Virus record (IMG/VR): IMGVR_UViG_3300037160_000193
Coordinates: 1 to 53,653 of that record
DNA length: 53,653 bases
Strand: one strand, 5' to 3'
DNA from: a virus
Taxonomy: Duplodnaviria > Caudoviricetes
How positions within the stretch are numbered: the first letter of the stretch is position 1; every line of letters starts with the position of its first letter. The notes under the pieces are model-generated. The model was not told the origin of the DNA and searched no databases. It saw nothing but the letters and a program-made list of their open reading frames with translations. Of this stretch, positions 19,936 through 29,574 are shown piece by piece. A program made the position numbers and the translations under genes.

Positions 19936-20543
19936 AAACTTGCTTCCCGGTCCTCTGCGAACGCGGTATCCATGGCATCGATGGCAGCTTTCACCGCGAC
20001 CGCCCGGTGGATGATGGGGACGTCGCCGACATACCCTTCGGTGGTGGTAGCGAGCTTCTTGTAGAGCGCCCCAGCGGAGCCGATGTTGATCGTTACTTCC
20101 TGCCGGCCAAAGGGCAAGTCGAGCAATCGCGCGAAGCCGCGTCGGTATTCGAACACGTCTTTTGCCGAGGGCATCTTCAGCAGGTGGACGGTAGTGGCGC
20201 CCAGGACGCGGAGAGTGACCTTGAAGGAGTCGCCATCCGGAACCACATCATCCACTTCCGCCATGCTCAACTGCTCGACCACTTTCATAGCCTCGAAGGC
20301 ATCGATCTCCGGGTCTTCGCCCTCCCGGAGTTTTGCCACCAGCGCGGCATCCACATCTTCGCCGTTGGCGACGGTGGTCTCTGAGATCCCGCGCCCCAAC
20401 TGCTTCACCAGCACCTTGCGGCGTCGCTGGCGTCCGATCCATTCGTCATCGGAGGGGAATCGCACGCGGACGGTTTTCACACCGCTCGGCGTCCGGAGGT
20501 TGATTGCGATAGGCCTGCTTGCGTCAAAAACTGGAGTTTCCAT
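19932..20543 (-). CDS. Tail assembly chaperone (gpG-like)
   Basis: Directly downstream of the tail tube gene. ATG 20543 preceded by AAAGGA. Ends AGT-TTT-TAG. Confidence 0.75.
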   Translation of the reverse strand: METPVFDASRPIAINLRTPSGVKTVRVRFPSDDEWIGRQRRRKVLVKQLGRGISETTVANGEDVDAALVAKLREGEDPEIDAFEAMKVVEQLSMAEVDDVVPDGDSFKVTLRVLGATTVHLLKMPSAKDVFEYRRGFARLLDLPFGRQEVTINIGSAGALYKKLATTTEGYVGDVPIIHRAVAVKAAIDAMDTAFAEDREASF

Positions 20544-20556
20544 GGTTTGATCCTTT

Positions 20557-21597
20557 CTACTGGCAGATGGCGTCCACATTGCACTTCGCAACCGCCGTGA
20601 TGAGACCGTTAGTCGAGTCGTAGATCGGCGTCGCCTCCACCGCGACCGTAACGATCTGGTCCGTCTCGCCCACTTCCGCCGTGGCGAACGCCACCTTCTG
20701 CCAGGTGATGTCGAGCGAATTGTTGGCGTCGAACTGGAGGTGGATCACCGCCGTGCCGGTGGTTTGCGCCTTGAGCAGTGCCAACTCCGTGGAGTTGTGA
20801 TCGAAGCGGGCCACGAACTTGAGCGCGCCGGCCCGATTGCCGAATTCCAGCCGGCCTCGAATCGCTCCAGTGGTAGCGTCACCCGACGTCTGGAAGCCGG
20901 AGCCCGGAAAGAACCCCGCATCCATGCGGATGTTGTTCTTCCACGACGTTTCGAGCGAGACGATGTTCTTGCTCGTCACGTAGTCTACGCCGTTGATCGT
21001 GAGCGTCAGGGATGCGGACGGCAGGAGTTTCTCCACCGTCGCGGCCGGCATGGTGATAGCGGAAGGCTCCGTGAGCTTCCCGCTGCCGTGGAACTCGACG
21101 GTGATTTTGCTGTTGGCGCGACCAGGGCCTGAGCCAATCGTGATGGTCCATCCCTCTACCGCGCAACCGGAGAGCAGGCGGTCAATGACGGAGCCGGCGC
21201 CCGGACGGATCTGCTCCACGAAGGAGAAGTACGGCAATTCGGTCGCGTCGCCGTTCGCCGGGATCAGGGGCGTGCAGGTGTAGATCCAGTTGCCCGCCGA
21301 GCCGCTCTTCACGACCTTGCCCAGCCCGAAGCACATGGCCCACGCAGCCATCTCCGCGCTCAGGTACTTTTCGAGGGTACCGCCGGTGTCCCAGGACGTC
21401 TTGAACGTGGTAGTCGCGAATTCGTGACCTTTGCCGTACTCCTCGGCGTCGTTCTCCGTGTTCAGTTTCGGGTTTGCGAGTTGGGCGTTGAGCTTCTTCA
21501 GGCGCCACATCGCCGCGACCAGATTGGCGGTCGCGATATCGGTCTGCTTGCCGAAGCCGAAGCAGATTTGTACTTCTTGCAGTCTAGTCGTTGACAT
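20557..21597 (-). CDS. Major tail tube protein
   Basis: 346 aa, beta-rich and Thr/Gly-rich. Canonical position between the tail-completion genes and the chaperones. GGAGG RBS. Confidence 0.8.
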   Translation of the reverse strand: MSTTRLQEVQICFGFGKQTDIATANLVAAMWRLKKLNAQLANPKLNTENDAEEYGKGHEFATTTFKTSWDTGGTLEKYLSAEMAAWAMCFGLGKVVKSGSAGNWIYTCTPLIPANGDATELPYFSFVEQIRPGAGSVIDRLLSGCAVEGWTITIGSGPGRANSKITVEFHGSGKLTEPSAITMPAATVEKLLPSASLTLTINGVDYVTSKNIVSLETSWKNNIRMDAGFFPGSGFQTSGDATTGAIRGRLEFGNRAGALKFVARFDHNSTELALLKAQTTGTAVIHLQFDANNSLDITWQKVAFATAEVGETDQIVTVAVEATPIYDSTNGLITAVAKCNVDAICQ

Positions 21598-21742
21598 GCG
21601 TCGTTACCTCCTGGGTGTTGGCGGGCGGCTCACACTGGCTCCAGCCGGCTACCATGAGCGGCCCGATCAGTTCCGGCTTCGCTTCGACCTTCTGAATTTC
21701 ACCCTCGCCCCATGGCGGGCGCATGTACACAAAGTCAGTCAT
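21584..21742 (-). CDS. Small hypothetical phage protein (52 aa)
   Basis: ATG 21742 overlaps the end of the upstream gene (ATGACTGA). MTDFVYMRPPWGEG... Confidence 0.6.
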   Translation of the reverse strand: MTDFVYMRPPWGEGEIQKVEAKPELIGPLMVAGWSQCEPPANTQEVTTHVND

Positions 21743-22208
21743 CGCCAATCTCCGTAAATGAAAGGGGAACTTCGAAGTAGTCCAGGCCCTCCGCATCGGT
21801 CTGCCGCTGAATCGCAGGCAGGTCCATCGGGTAGCAGGAGGTGTGCACCGTTGCGTTGAGCATCTCGACGCCGGCCGCAGTTGGGATGCCCTTGGTGATC
21901 AATCGGAACAGTCGGTAATACGCCGTGGGCGGATCGCCTCCGACCGTTTCCTTCGCGCGCAGGAACAGCGTGACCTGGTGCTTCCATACGTCCATGCCGC
22001 CGAACGACCCTGGCTGCGTCCCCTGCCAGACCGCCATGATCGAGGGTGCGGGCATCGCGTGGATCGCGTGGACCAGACTTACGTTCTTCGGGTACTGGTC
22101 GTGGTAGGCGTAGATCCGTTCCGCATCGTCGCCCACTTCGGCGACCAGATCGGGCACGTCGCGTAGCATTGCGACAAGGTTCGTGATGATCTCGGAGGGA
22201 TCGATCAT
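21735..22208 (-). CDS. Tail terminator/completion protein
   Basis: ATGA overlap with the upstream gene at 22205-22208. Size and position before the tail tube fit this role. Confidence 0.65.
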   Translation of the reverse strand: MIDPSEIITNLVAMLRDVPDLVAEVGDDAERIYAYHDQYPKNVSLVHAIHAMPAPSIMAVWQGTQPGSFGGMDVWKHQVTLFLRAKETVGGDPPTAYYRLFRLITKGIPTAAGVEMLNATVHTSCYPMDLPAIQRQTDAEGLDYFEVPLSFTEIGDD

Positions 22209-22660
22209 TGTTGTCTGCCGCCGAGGGCCTTCTCGACTAAGAGTCGGGATTTGTTCTCGATCAGGATGCGGTTTGTGGCGTCGAGCACGGCGGTCCTGTT
22301 CTTCGGCGAGAACGAAATCCACGGCTCAATCTTGTTGTTGATCCACGCCTTCAGTCGGTCCTTGCGAGTGGAGTTGCTGGCCTTTGCTTTGTTCTCGCTG
22401 ACCGTCCGGACCAGGAAATTCCGGAGCATGTCGCCGGTGAAGCTCAGGTCGCGCCGGTTGCCCTTGCCGAGTTTCGTCTTCTGGATTGCGTAACGTTTGG
22501 TGAGTGGCTTCGCGGAAGAGTCAGTCGGACCCTGCGCTGCTGCTAGGCGGTTCTTCACCGCAGCCACGCCAACGTTCCCGATCTTGAACATCTGCGCCTG
22601 GCGGAAGTTCAGTCGGTCCAACCGGATCTGCTTTTTTTGATAGATGCGTACCGATGCCAT
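22205..22660 (-). CDS. Basic neck/tail-completion (virion morphogenesis) protein
   Basis: Lys/Arg-rich, with KPLTKRYAIQK...RDLSFTGDML motif. Coupled to its neighbours by overlaps. Confidence 0.65.
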   Translation of the reverse strand: MASVRIYQKKQIRLDRLNFRQAQMFKIGNVGVAAVKNRLAAAQGPTDSSAKPLTKRYAIQKTKLGKGNRRDLSFTGDMLRNFLVRTVSENKAKASNSTRKDRLKAWINNKIEPWISFSPKNRTAVLDATNRILIENKSRLLVEKALGGRQQ

Positions 22661-22965
22661 CAGATCTTCTCTCGAATGGAAAGCCAGCAACCGCCGGCGG
22701 AATCATTCTGTACTTCGAAAACGGTGTAAGGTGAGCCGTCAAGCGTAACCTCATCACCGTGATCGGGCGGCACCGAGAAACCTGACAGGACCACGAATAG
22801 CCGCGCGTACACAGTGTCGGGGTGACGCTGCTCGTCGGTCCTCTTGTCCAGGATGCCGGTGACGGTGAACGGATCACCTGCGCCCTGCTGGTAAGAAACC
22901 GGCTGGCCGAACGCGGCCAGGATAGCCGCGTTCGCCAAACCAGATTGTTGAGTCCACGCCGCCAT
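22660..22965 (-). CDS. Head-tail joining protein (lambda gpFII-like)
   Basis: 101 aa, beta-rich (FGQPVSY...GDEVTLDGSPYTV). Located after the capsid genes. Confidence 0.7.
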   Translation of the reverse strand: MAAWTQQSGLANAAILAAFGQPVSYQQGAGDPFTVTGILDKRTDEQRHPDTVYARLFVVLSGFSVPPDHGDEVTLDGSPYTVFEVQNDSAGGCWLSIREKI

Positions 22966-22969
22966 GGGG

Positions 22970-23683
22970 TTACGCCGCGGCGGTGGCGTAGAGCGCCCAG
23001 ACCTCGATGAGACCCGCCGTCAGCGGACCGGTTGCGACCGTGACGTTGATCTTGCCGGCTGCGGTCATCTTGAACGGCGTGGCAACGGCAGTGGGCACCA
23101 CCACCGCATTCGTCCCGAGCGAGGCCTTGCCAGTAGCCGCCAAGATGCTCGCGGCCCCGGAACCGGCAACGGTTCCAATTGAGACAGTGGCCGCGCCGGC
23201 TGCCGCGACAGCGGTAGTCGAGACCACACCGCCGCCGTACACGACAGCGTTGATCGGGATGGTGTCGCTGACTGCCGGCGTACAGGACGCGCCTCCATCC
23301 ACGCTGAAGTCGTATTTGGCATACGCCACCTTGAGGCCGTGCGCCTGCCCGGAAAAGCCGGGCACGCCAAACAGGTTGACCCGCACAACGGCGGCGCCGG
23401 TCGCAGCCGCCACCTCGACCGCTCCGATTAGCAAGTTGCTGCCGACCGTGGACGTCACCTTCTTCGCCGTATCGTCCCAGTAGGCCAAATCGCCCTGTGC
23501 AAAGGTGCTGGCGTCCTTGGCGAGGTCGTAGACACCCTCGACGTCGCACTCGACATCGGCGCCCGAGAGCGTGTCGTTGGCGGCCACACCGAAGACGTTG
23601 CCAACCTTGAAACCGCCCCCGGACAGCACGTCGTAGGGCGCAGTGAGGGTAAGATTGTCACCGCTTTTCACGAAGTTGTTCAT
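22970..23683 (-). CDS. DUF2190-family capsid cement/decoration protein with C-terminal extension
   Basis: MNNFVKSGDNLTLTAPYDVLSG...GVYDLAK...GDLAYWDDTAKKVT is the typical DUF2190 pattern. AAGGAG RBS. Confidence 0.8.
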   Translation of the reverse strand: MNNFVKSGDNLTLTAPYDVLSGGGFKVGNVFGVAANDTLSGADVECDVEGVYDLAKDASTFAQGDLAYWDDTAKKVTSTVGSNLLIGAVEVAAATGAAVVRVNLFGVPGFSGQAHGLKVAYAKYDFSVDGGASCTPAVSDTIPINAVVYGGGVVSTTAVAAAGAATVSIGTVAGSGAASILAATGKASLGTNAVVVPTAVATPFKMTAAGKINVTVATGPLTAGLIEVWALYATAAA

Positions 23684-23752
23684 GATTCTCGTTTCTCCTT
23701 TTTTGTGATTTGAAAGGGCCGCGTTGTCGCCGCCCCGCCTGTGATCGCCGCC

Positions 23753-25840
23753 CTACGCGGTGTTCTTGCAAAGGCCGCGGTAGTCAATCGCGCCGGCCGC
23801 GAAGTCCAACCGAGCCTTGATTTCAACGCCGTCCACTTCGAAGCCCTGACGGGTCTCGATGTAAACGCCCTGCTGCCCTTCGAGGTAGCAGTACTCGATG
23901 GTGTCAATCTGCGAGGGATCGACCGCCATGAACCAGTTCGTCACACCAACCGACGCAACCGCATCGAGGCGGCCTTCGACGATCTTCGTGAGGGACTGGA
24001 TCCAGGTCGGCACCACGCCAGTAACTGCGGTGGCGGCAAGGTTGATCGGGTAGATCAACTGATCGGCGGGCTGTTCGAGCGCGGCGGGGACAATCAGGTA
24101 CCGAGGCTGCAGGTTCAGGATGGTGCCCTTCGGCGCCTTCTGGATTCGGAACGCGGCGCGGGCCACTCCCAGTGCCGGACCAGCCAGTGCATTGGTGGCG
24201 TTGAGATTATGATGATTCGCGTGGAAGAGCGCGGTGCCGTCCGCCATGTTCGGATTGCCCGTGACGACCGCCCATACAGTGTCGCTCTCTAGTTGGGCCG
24301 CCGCCTGACCGAGGCCCGCCGGCACGCGGGTCAGCGCCTGCAGGTCGTCGTTGACGATGACCTTGCGGGTGATTGCCACGATTTCGCCGAAGGTAGCAAG
24401 CGAGTAAGTCTCCTTCGAGTCAGAAAGCGCCGTACGATGGAACTCGCCCTTTTCATTCACCTTGGGCAACGTCGGAACGTCGCTCAACTGCACCCGGTTA
24501 ATGGGCTTGAAGTCTGCGGCCGACACCTGGCGGCAGAAAGGTACGAAGGTGCGCGGTGCAGCCTCATACGCCTCGCGCAGGGTCTTATTGGCGACGTTCG
24601 CCAGGATATTGGGGAAGTCGCTGGTGGTCATCATGCCGCCCTCGAAATACTCGGCGGCGCCGAACCGGCCCTGCAAAGCCACGCGGGCGATGTCGTTGCG
24701 GGACATGCCCCGCGTCTTCACGCCGGCAGCATCCAGACACTCGCGGGCGATGTCCACCAGCGTCAGGCCAGCGTACTCCCGCCCGGCCTCGCGCAAGACC
24801 GCGTCGCCGGGATTGCCCCGGAACAGGATGCCGGCCTCCATGCCCTTGCGCCGCTTGTCGGTCGCGTCCGCACCCATCGTAACGTTCGAGTTGGTCGGAT
24901 CGGTCGGATGGTCGGTGAACTGAGCGGCGAGCTTCGCCATGATGCGTTCGCGGGCGATCTCAACGGACAAGCCTTCGTCGAGCATGGCGGTGACGAACGT
25001 CTCTTGCATTTTGAAGGGGGTCGCCATCGTGCGAATCGTGGTCGCACGCAACCGCTCCGCCTTCACGGCCTCGTCGCGCGCCGCGGCGAGTACTGTTTCG
25101 TTCTGACGGGCCTCGTCGCCCGCAGCCTGCGTGATAGGTTCCACAGGTTTCTCCTTTTGGGCAGATGCCCGTTGCGTTTCAGCTTCAGTCGGTGCCGGCG
25201 GCTGTGTTCCTGCCGCCGACATAAAGGTCGTCATCGCGTCGCCGGGCACCGGGACCAGGGAAATCTCAAACGGCTCCCAATCTACGGCCGTGAATTCCTT
25301 CCGCTCCTGATTCTTGGGAGTGGTATCGACCTTTTTGTAAATCCACATCCCTGGGCTGAGGTTCTGAACGATCCCGGTCCGAACGTCGTTCCAGAGGGGG
25401 GTCACCGAATCCCGCTTGCTGAACTGGAGCGTCGCCTTGCCGGTCGTCTTCTCGGCCCATGCGCGCCGGACAACGCCCATCTGGCTCTCGACGCCGTAAG
25501 CCATGTGCGAGTCGAGCAAGGGCCCGCCGTTGTTGAGGCGCTCCAGTCGGCAGCCCTTCATCGACAGGATGAGGTCGTACTCCTCTCCAGTACGCCAATC
25601 GAACCGGGGAACCTTGGCGCCGGTGTACCAGACTGCATCAATCGTCCGGTTGTCGTCGTTAGCCGAGGACGGAGCGAAGGCCACCGCGACCGAAAAGCGT
25701 TCCACTTCCACCCCCGGATCGACGGGGTTGCTGCCCACGACACTCAAGCCCTCCGCGACAGCATCCGGCCCAGAGCTGGCGTTGGCGGCCATCACCTCCG
25801 ACGCAGCAGCCTCCTGCTGTACGGCAATTTCGTCTGGCAT
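23753..25840 (-). CDS. Prohead protease-major capsid protein fusion
   Basis: N-terminal HK97/U35-type protease (PLLDSH, LSPG, WEPFEISLVPVP). C-terminal capsid domain (TTSDFPNIL...IEYCYLEG...KARLDFAAGAIDYRG). Confidence 0.9.
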   Translation of the reverse strand: MPDEIAVQQEAAASEVMAANASSGPDAVAEGLSVVGSNPVDPGVEVERFSVAVAFAPSSANDDNRTIDAVWYTGAKVPRFDWRTGEEYDLILSMKGCRLERLNNGGPLLDSHMAYGVESQMGVVRRAWAEKTTGKATLQFSKRDSVTPLWNDVRTGIVQNLSPGMWIYKKVDTTPKNQERKEFTAVDWEPFEISLVPVPGDAMTTFMSAAGTQPPAPTEAETQRASAQKEKPVEPITQAAGDEARQNETVLAAARDEAVKAERLRATTIRTMATPFKMQETFVTAMLDEGLSVEIARERIMAKLAAQFTDHPTDPTNSNVTMGADATDKRRKGMEAGILFRGNPGDAVLREAGREYAGLTLVDIARECLDAAGVKTRGMSRNDIARVALQGRFGAAEYFEGGMMTTSDFPNILANVANKTLREAYEAAPRTFVPFCRQVSAADFKPINRVQLSDVPTLPKVNEKGEFHRTALSDSKETYSLATFGEIVAITRKVIVNDDLQALTRVPAGLGQAAAQLESDTVWAVVTGNPNMADGTALFHANHHNLNATNALAGPALGVARAAFRIQKAPKGTILNLQPRYLIVPAALEQPADQLIYPINLAATAVTGVVPTWIQSLTKIVEGRLDAVASVGVTNWFMAVDPSQIDTIEYCYLEGQQGVYIETRQGFEVDGVEIKARLDFAAGAIDYRGLCKNTA

Positions 25841-25864
25841 GAAAGACTCCTTGGGTTGTCGCGT

Positions 25865-27424
25865 TTACGACCGGTAGGTTCTCGTGGTCCGCGCCGAGAA
25901 CTCGGCGGACGCCTTCACTGGCGGTTTCGGCTTAGCATCCCCAGGTGTCGCCTCTCCGCTGCTGGTGGGCTGTTCGACGCCCTTGTCGTTGACGTTGCGG
26001 GGGTCGCAGTCGAGAATGATCTCGTACTCATCGAGCAGCGCATTGACCCGCTGGATTTCGAGCAACTGCTTTTCGGGATCGTAACCGTTCTGCGCGATGG
26101 CCTCGGGCAGAGTCAACGTCCCGGTGCGGATTTTCTTCAGTTCCGCCATCGCGTCCTTTAACGGATCGACGGATTCGAATTTCGGTGCTGTCCACTGGAC
26201 GCTGTAGTTCGGCTCTGGCAACTTCCCAATCAGCACCAGGGTGTCGATAAACCTGCGCCAGGTCGGACGGCAATACATCGGGATCAGCGTCAACCACCGG
26301 AACGCTTCGATTGCGTTGCGGAAGCCCAGCATCCCCGCCCGATAGGATGAGTAGTTGACGTTGGAAAGATCCCCGGAGAGCAGTTCGTACGGGACGTCCA
26401 CGCCCGCGCCGATGCCCTGCAGCTCTGTCATCAGGTACTCGCGGTAGCCGCCGGCCGCCGCGGGCGCGTTGAACTTGATATCCTCTCCCGGCTTCAAATA
26501 CTCGATCATGCCGGGGTACATCCGCTCCAACGTATTGCCGGTTTTCGGGTCGGTGGACTTGGCGCCTATGGGAAGGCCGCCCGAACCTTCCGGTCGCGTC
26601 ACGATCCCCGCCAGACACGCCTCCGTCTTCTTCCGCATGCGCTCCGCGTCGCGGTAGTCATCGAGGTCGCGAAGTGCCAGCATCACCGGCGCCAGCCATG
26701 GAACGCCGCGGACCTGGCCCGGTCGCAGGATGCAGTACGTGTGCATGACCTGGTCGGCTGGCACGGGCTGGCTGAGAATCCCGCCACGCGGGTTCAGCAT
26801 GTAGACGCCGCCTGGGTGGTAGTTGTATAACCAGTAAGCCTCGCGTTGGCCGAACAGATTGAACTGAACGCCCTGAACGACACTCCCGGTCGCGATTCCC
26901 ATCGTGCGGGAAATGTCCAGGTAGTCGCCCTCCAGCACCTGCAATTGCAGGGGCACCCGGAAATTGTCCTGAGCCAGCCTTTGACGGAATCGAACGATGC
27001 CGTCTCCGCTCTCCGCCGTCGTCCGAACGATGAGCGCCTGCATGCCGTAGAAATCCAACTGGCCGCCCGGATCGCAGTTCTCCGCGAAGTACGGCCACTC
27101 CCGGTCGATGATGGTGTCGAGCGTCGGGTTCCCGGTCTTGGCCTGTGGCACGATCCCCGTGCCGACCGTGTTACCAACCAGTTCCGCAATCGCCTTACTG
27201 GCATACGGATTGTTGCGCAGCAGGTCCCGTGAGCGGTTGCGAAGTGCCGCGAGGCCAGCGCCGACCTCGGTGTTGGCGTCGCCGCCAGCGGCAATCCAGC
27301 CGTCCGTGCGACGCCCCGACTTCGCGCCGTCATATGCGAAGACTTGCGTCGCAGCGCGATACTGCGCGCGACGATAGCCTCGCTCCGGCGAAAAGTAGCC
27401 GATCATCCTGTCGATGGCGTTCAT
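25865..27424 (-). CDS. Portal protein, lambda family
   Basis: RSRDLLRNNPYA, RPGQVRGVPW, GDLSNVNYSSYRAG and VDPLKD motifs. Confidence 0.95.
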   Translation of the reverse strand: MNAIDRMIGYFSPERGYRRAQYRAATQVFAYDGAKSGRRTDGWIAAGGDANTEVGAGLAALRNRSRDLLRNNPYASKAIAELVGNTVGTGIVPQAKTGNPTLDTIIDREWPYFAENCDPGGQLDFYGMQALIVRTTAESGDGIVRFRQRLAQDNFRVPLQLQVLEGDYLDISRTMGIATGSVVQGVQFNLFGQREAYWLYNYHPGGVYMLNPRGGILSQPVPADQVMHTYCILRPGQVRGVPWLAPVMLALRDLDDYRDAERMRKKTEACLAGIVTRPEGSGGLPIGAKSTDPKTGNTLERMYPGMIEYLKPGEDIKFNAPAAAGGYREYLMTELQGIGAGVDVPYELLSGDLSNVNYSSYRAGMLGFRNAIEAFRWLTLIPMYCRPTWRRFIDTLVLIGKLPEPNYSVQWTAPKFESVDPLKDAMAELKKIRTGTLTLPEAIAQNGYDPEKQLLEIQRVNALLDEYEIILDCDPRNVNDKGVEQPTSSGEATPGDAKPKPPVKASAEFSARTTRTYRS

Positions 27425-27637
27425 CTATTCTCGGCTGTGCACTGCCAGGCTGAATGAAGACGGCACCGGACCCGAAGCCTTGGTGATCTCGGCGTTGACG
27501 TCGGCGAGCGCCTTCCGCATATCGTCGATGCTGTTGTACTCGACCGCGCGGTCCGTGAACTGCACCCGTCGAGTCCCGCTGAAGATTGCGCGCTGGAGCG
27601 TGTCGCGCATCGATTGCAGTTCTGTCAGTTGGATCAC
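27425..27637 (-). CDS. Head completion protein (gpW-like)
   Basis: GTG overlapping the terL stop. GTRRVQFTDRAVEYNSIDDM motif. Lies between terL and portal. Confidence 0.85.
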   Translation of the reverse strand: MIQLTELQSMRDTLQRAIFSGTRRVQFTDRAVEYNSIDDMRKALADVNAEITKASGPVPSSFSLAVHSRE

Positions 27638-29574
27638 TTGAACCAATCCCTACGGTCGCCGCCGCGCGTGCCCCACCGGTCATCACGCTCGCCCCAGTAG
27701 CCATCGGCGCTGGACAGGCGCGGCGCCGCGGCCCGAAGTGTCCCCTCCAGTTCTGCCCAGTCATCATCCGAGAACGAGTCGATACCACAGACTGCCGCAG
27801 CCGCCCGGCAGAGCACCGCGAGGTCGAGCGGTTCGTTCCTGATCGACTTGTCTGGTACCCACTCCACCCTGCCGCTCGACCGGATGATCCGCGACTCGGA
27901 GCAGAGCCCGCGATAGAAGTCCTGATCCTTGTAGGCGTAGTGCTGGTATCCGGGTGGGTAGGTGCCATCGTCTGGCAACACGATCCGCAACCAGTCGTAG
28001 AACTCCTGCTTCGCCCAGTGCGTGCCGATGTGCCAGATCCGCACGTTTTGCCGCTTGCGCGCAGCGTCCGTAGGCGACACCCGCGCGATCAATTTCAGAA
28101 AGTCCGGCGTGCCCTTGGTCGCCACCACGGTGCGCGGCGCCGAGATCCTGTCGCCAGCCGGGCCGTGAGCCGGTTGCGGATGGCGCGCAGCGAAGTCGTA
28201 GACCATCTGCGGCCGGAAGCCCGTGTCAATCGTCATGGCCATGATCGGCATGGTCCCGCCCGACTCACACGACCAGTCCGCCGCGAGCAATGCCTCCAAC
28301 TCCTGCCATACTTCCGGCGAAGACGTTTTGAGCGCGTGCCCGGCCTGATCAGGCACCTGGATCACCCGGTAGTCAACCGACCAGGACTCCTTACCTCGCC
28401 CATATGCTTTGATCTCCACCTCGAGCCGGTCGTCCTGCACATCGACGCCAGCCACAAGAATCAATCCCTTCGCCGGCACGATCCCGAGGTCGTAGTCCTC
28501 GCGCCGCAGGTAAACCTTTTCCCAATCGGGCGCCGACCCACGTTCCGTCCAGAGTTCCGCCAGCACGGTGTTCAGGAACGCCTTGAGCGTCTCTGTCGAG
28601 AGCTTGGCGACCAGGAACTCCGCGGCTATCGTCCCCCAGGACCGCTTCGGAGAGATCATCTGCGAAACGCGGAACCCAGGAATCGGCGACCCAGGATTCT
28701 GCGGACGATACTCCCCGCGTTCCACCATCGACGACTTCTGGTTGTGCGGGATGAGTTCCCGGCACTTCTCGCAGCAGTAGGCTGCCTTCTCCGGCTCGCC
28801 TTCCGGCCACACCAGCCCGCCCTCGGTGCCGTCGCTGAACACCAGGATCTGAAAGTGATTGCATAGCGGGCACGGTACGAAGTACTCGCGCTGGTCGCTC
28901 GCGTTCCACGCAGCTTGGATTCTGCTCTCCCCGTCGACGGTCGGCGTCGAGCACATGATTACTTTCTTGTTGTGCTCGAACTCTCCGGTGCGCTGGACTG
29001 CCAGCGCTACGGGATCGCCCTCCGATCCTGCGCTCAGCGGATACCGGTCCACCTCGTCCAGCAACAGATACCGAATCGGGCGCATAGCCAGCCCGGACGG
29101 CGAGATGGCGCCGGTGAAGGTGATGTGGCCAGAACCGTTGGCGAAGACCTTGTGCATCGCGGTGTTGTTCGAATCGCGCGACTTCACCGCAGCGAGTTTC
29201 CCCCGGAGTGCCGGCGAGTGCCGAAACAACGGCGCGACGCGATCCTTCGAGAGCGCCTTGGCGTCTTCGGATCGCGGTTCCACCGCCAGCGTCGGGCCCG
29301 GATCTACGTCCGCGATGTAGCCCAGGAAATTGACCATCACACTGGTTTTCAACATCTGTGCAGCGGACATCAACACCACCTGCTTGCACAGATGGCTCGG
29401 ACTGAGGACGTCCATCGGTTCCCGCTGGTATGGTCTCGTGTGCCATTGGCCGCGTTCCGCCGATCCGGAACCTGTGAGCACTACGTTCTCGTCGGCCCAC
29501 TGCGAGACGGAAATATCCCGTGGTGGCAGTAACGCCTCCGCACCAACCTGGTACATCGAGAATGGGGTGGTCAT
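27634..29574 (-). CDS. Terminase large subunit, GpA family
   Basis: RPYQREPM, SAAQMLKT, LLLDEVDRY, STPT, CPLC...CEKC and AGVDVQDDR nuclease motifs. Confidence 0.95.
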   Translation of the reverse strand: MTTPFSMYQVGAEALLPPRDISVSQWADENVVLTGSGSAERGQWHTRPYQREPMDVLSPSHLCKQVVLMSAAQMLKTSVMVNFLGYIADVDPGPTLAVEPRSEDAKALSKDRVAPLFRHSPALRGKLAAVKSRDSNNTAMHKVFANGSGHITFTGAISPSGLAMRPIRYLLLDEVDRYPLSAGSEGDPVALAVQRTGEFEHNKKVIMCSTPTVDGESRIQAAWNASDQREYFVPCPLCNHFQILVFSDGTEGGLVWPEGEPEKAAYCCEKCRELIPHNQKSSMVERGEYRPQNPGSPIPGFRVSQMISPKRSWGTIAAEFLVAKLSTETLKAFLNTVLAELWTERGSAPDWEKVYLRREDYDLGIVPAKGLILVAGVDVQDDRLEVEIKAYGRGKESWSVDYRVIQVPDQAGHALKTSSPEVWQELEALLAADWSCESGGTMPIMAMTIDTGFRPQMVYDFAARHPQPAHGPAGDRISAPRTVVATKGTPDFLKLIARVSPTDAARKRQNVRIWHIGTHWAKQEFYDWLRIVLPDDGTYPPGYQHYAYKDQDFYRGLCSESRIIRSSGRVEWVPDKSIRNEPLDLAVLCRAAAAVCGIDSFSDDDWAELEGTLRAAAPRLSSADGYWGERDDRWGTRGGDRRDWFK

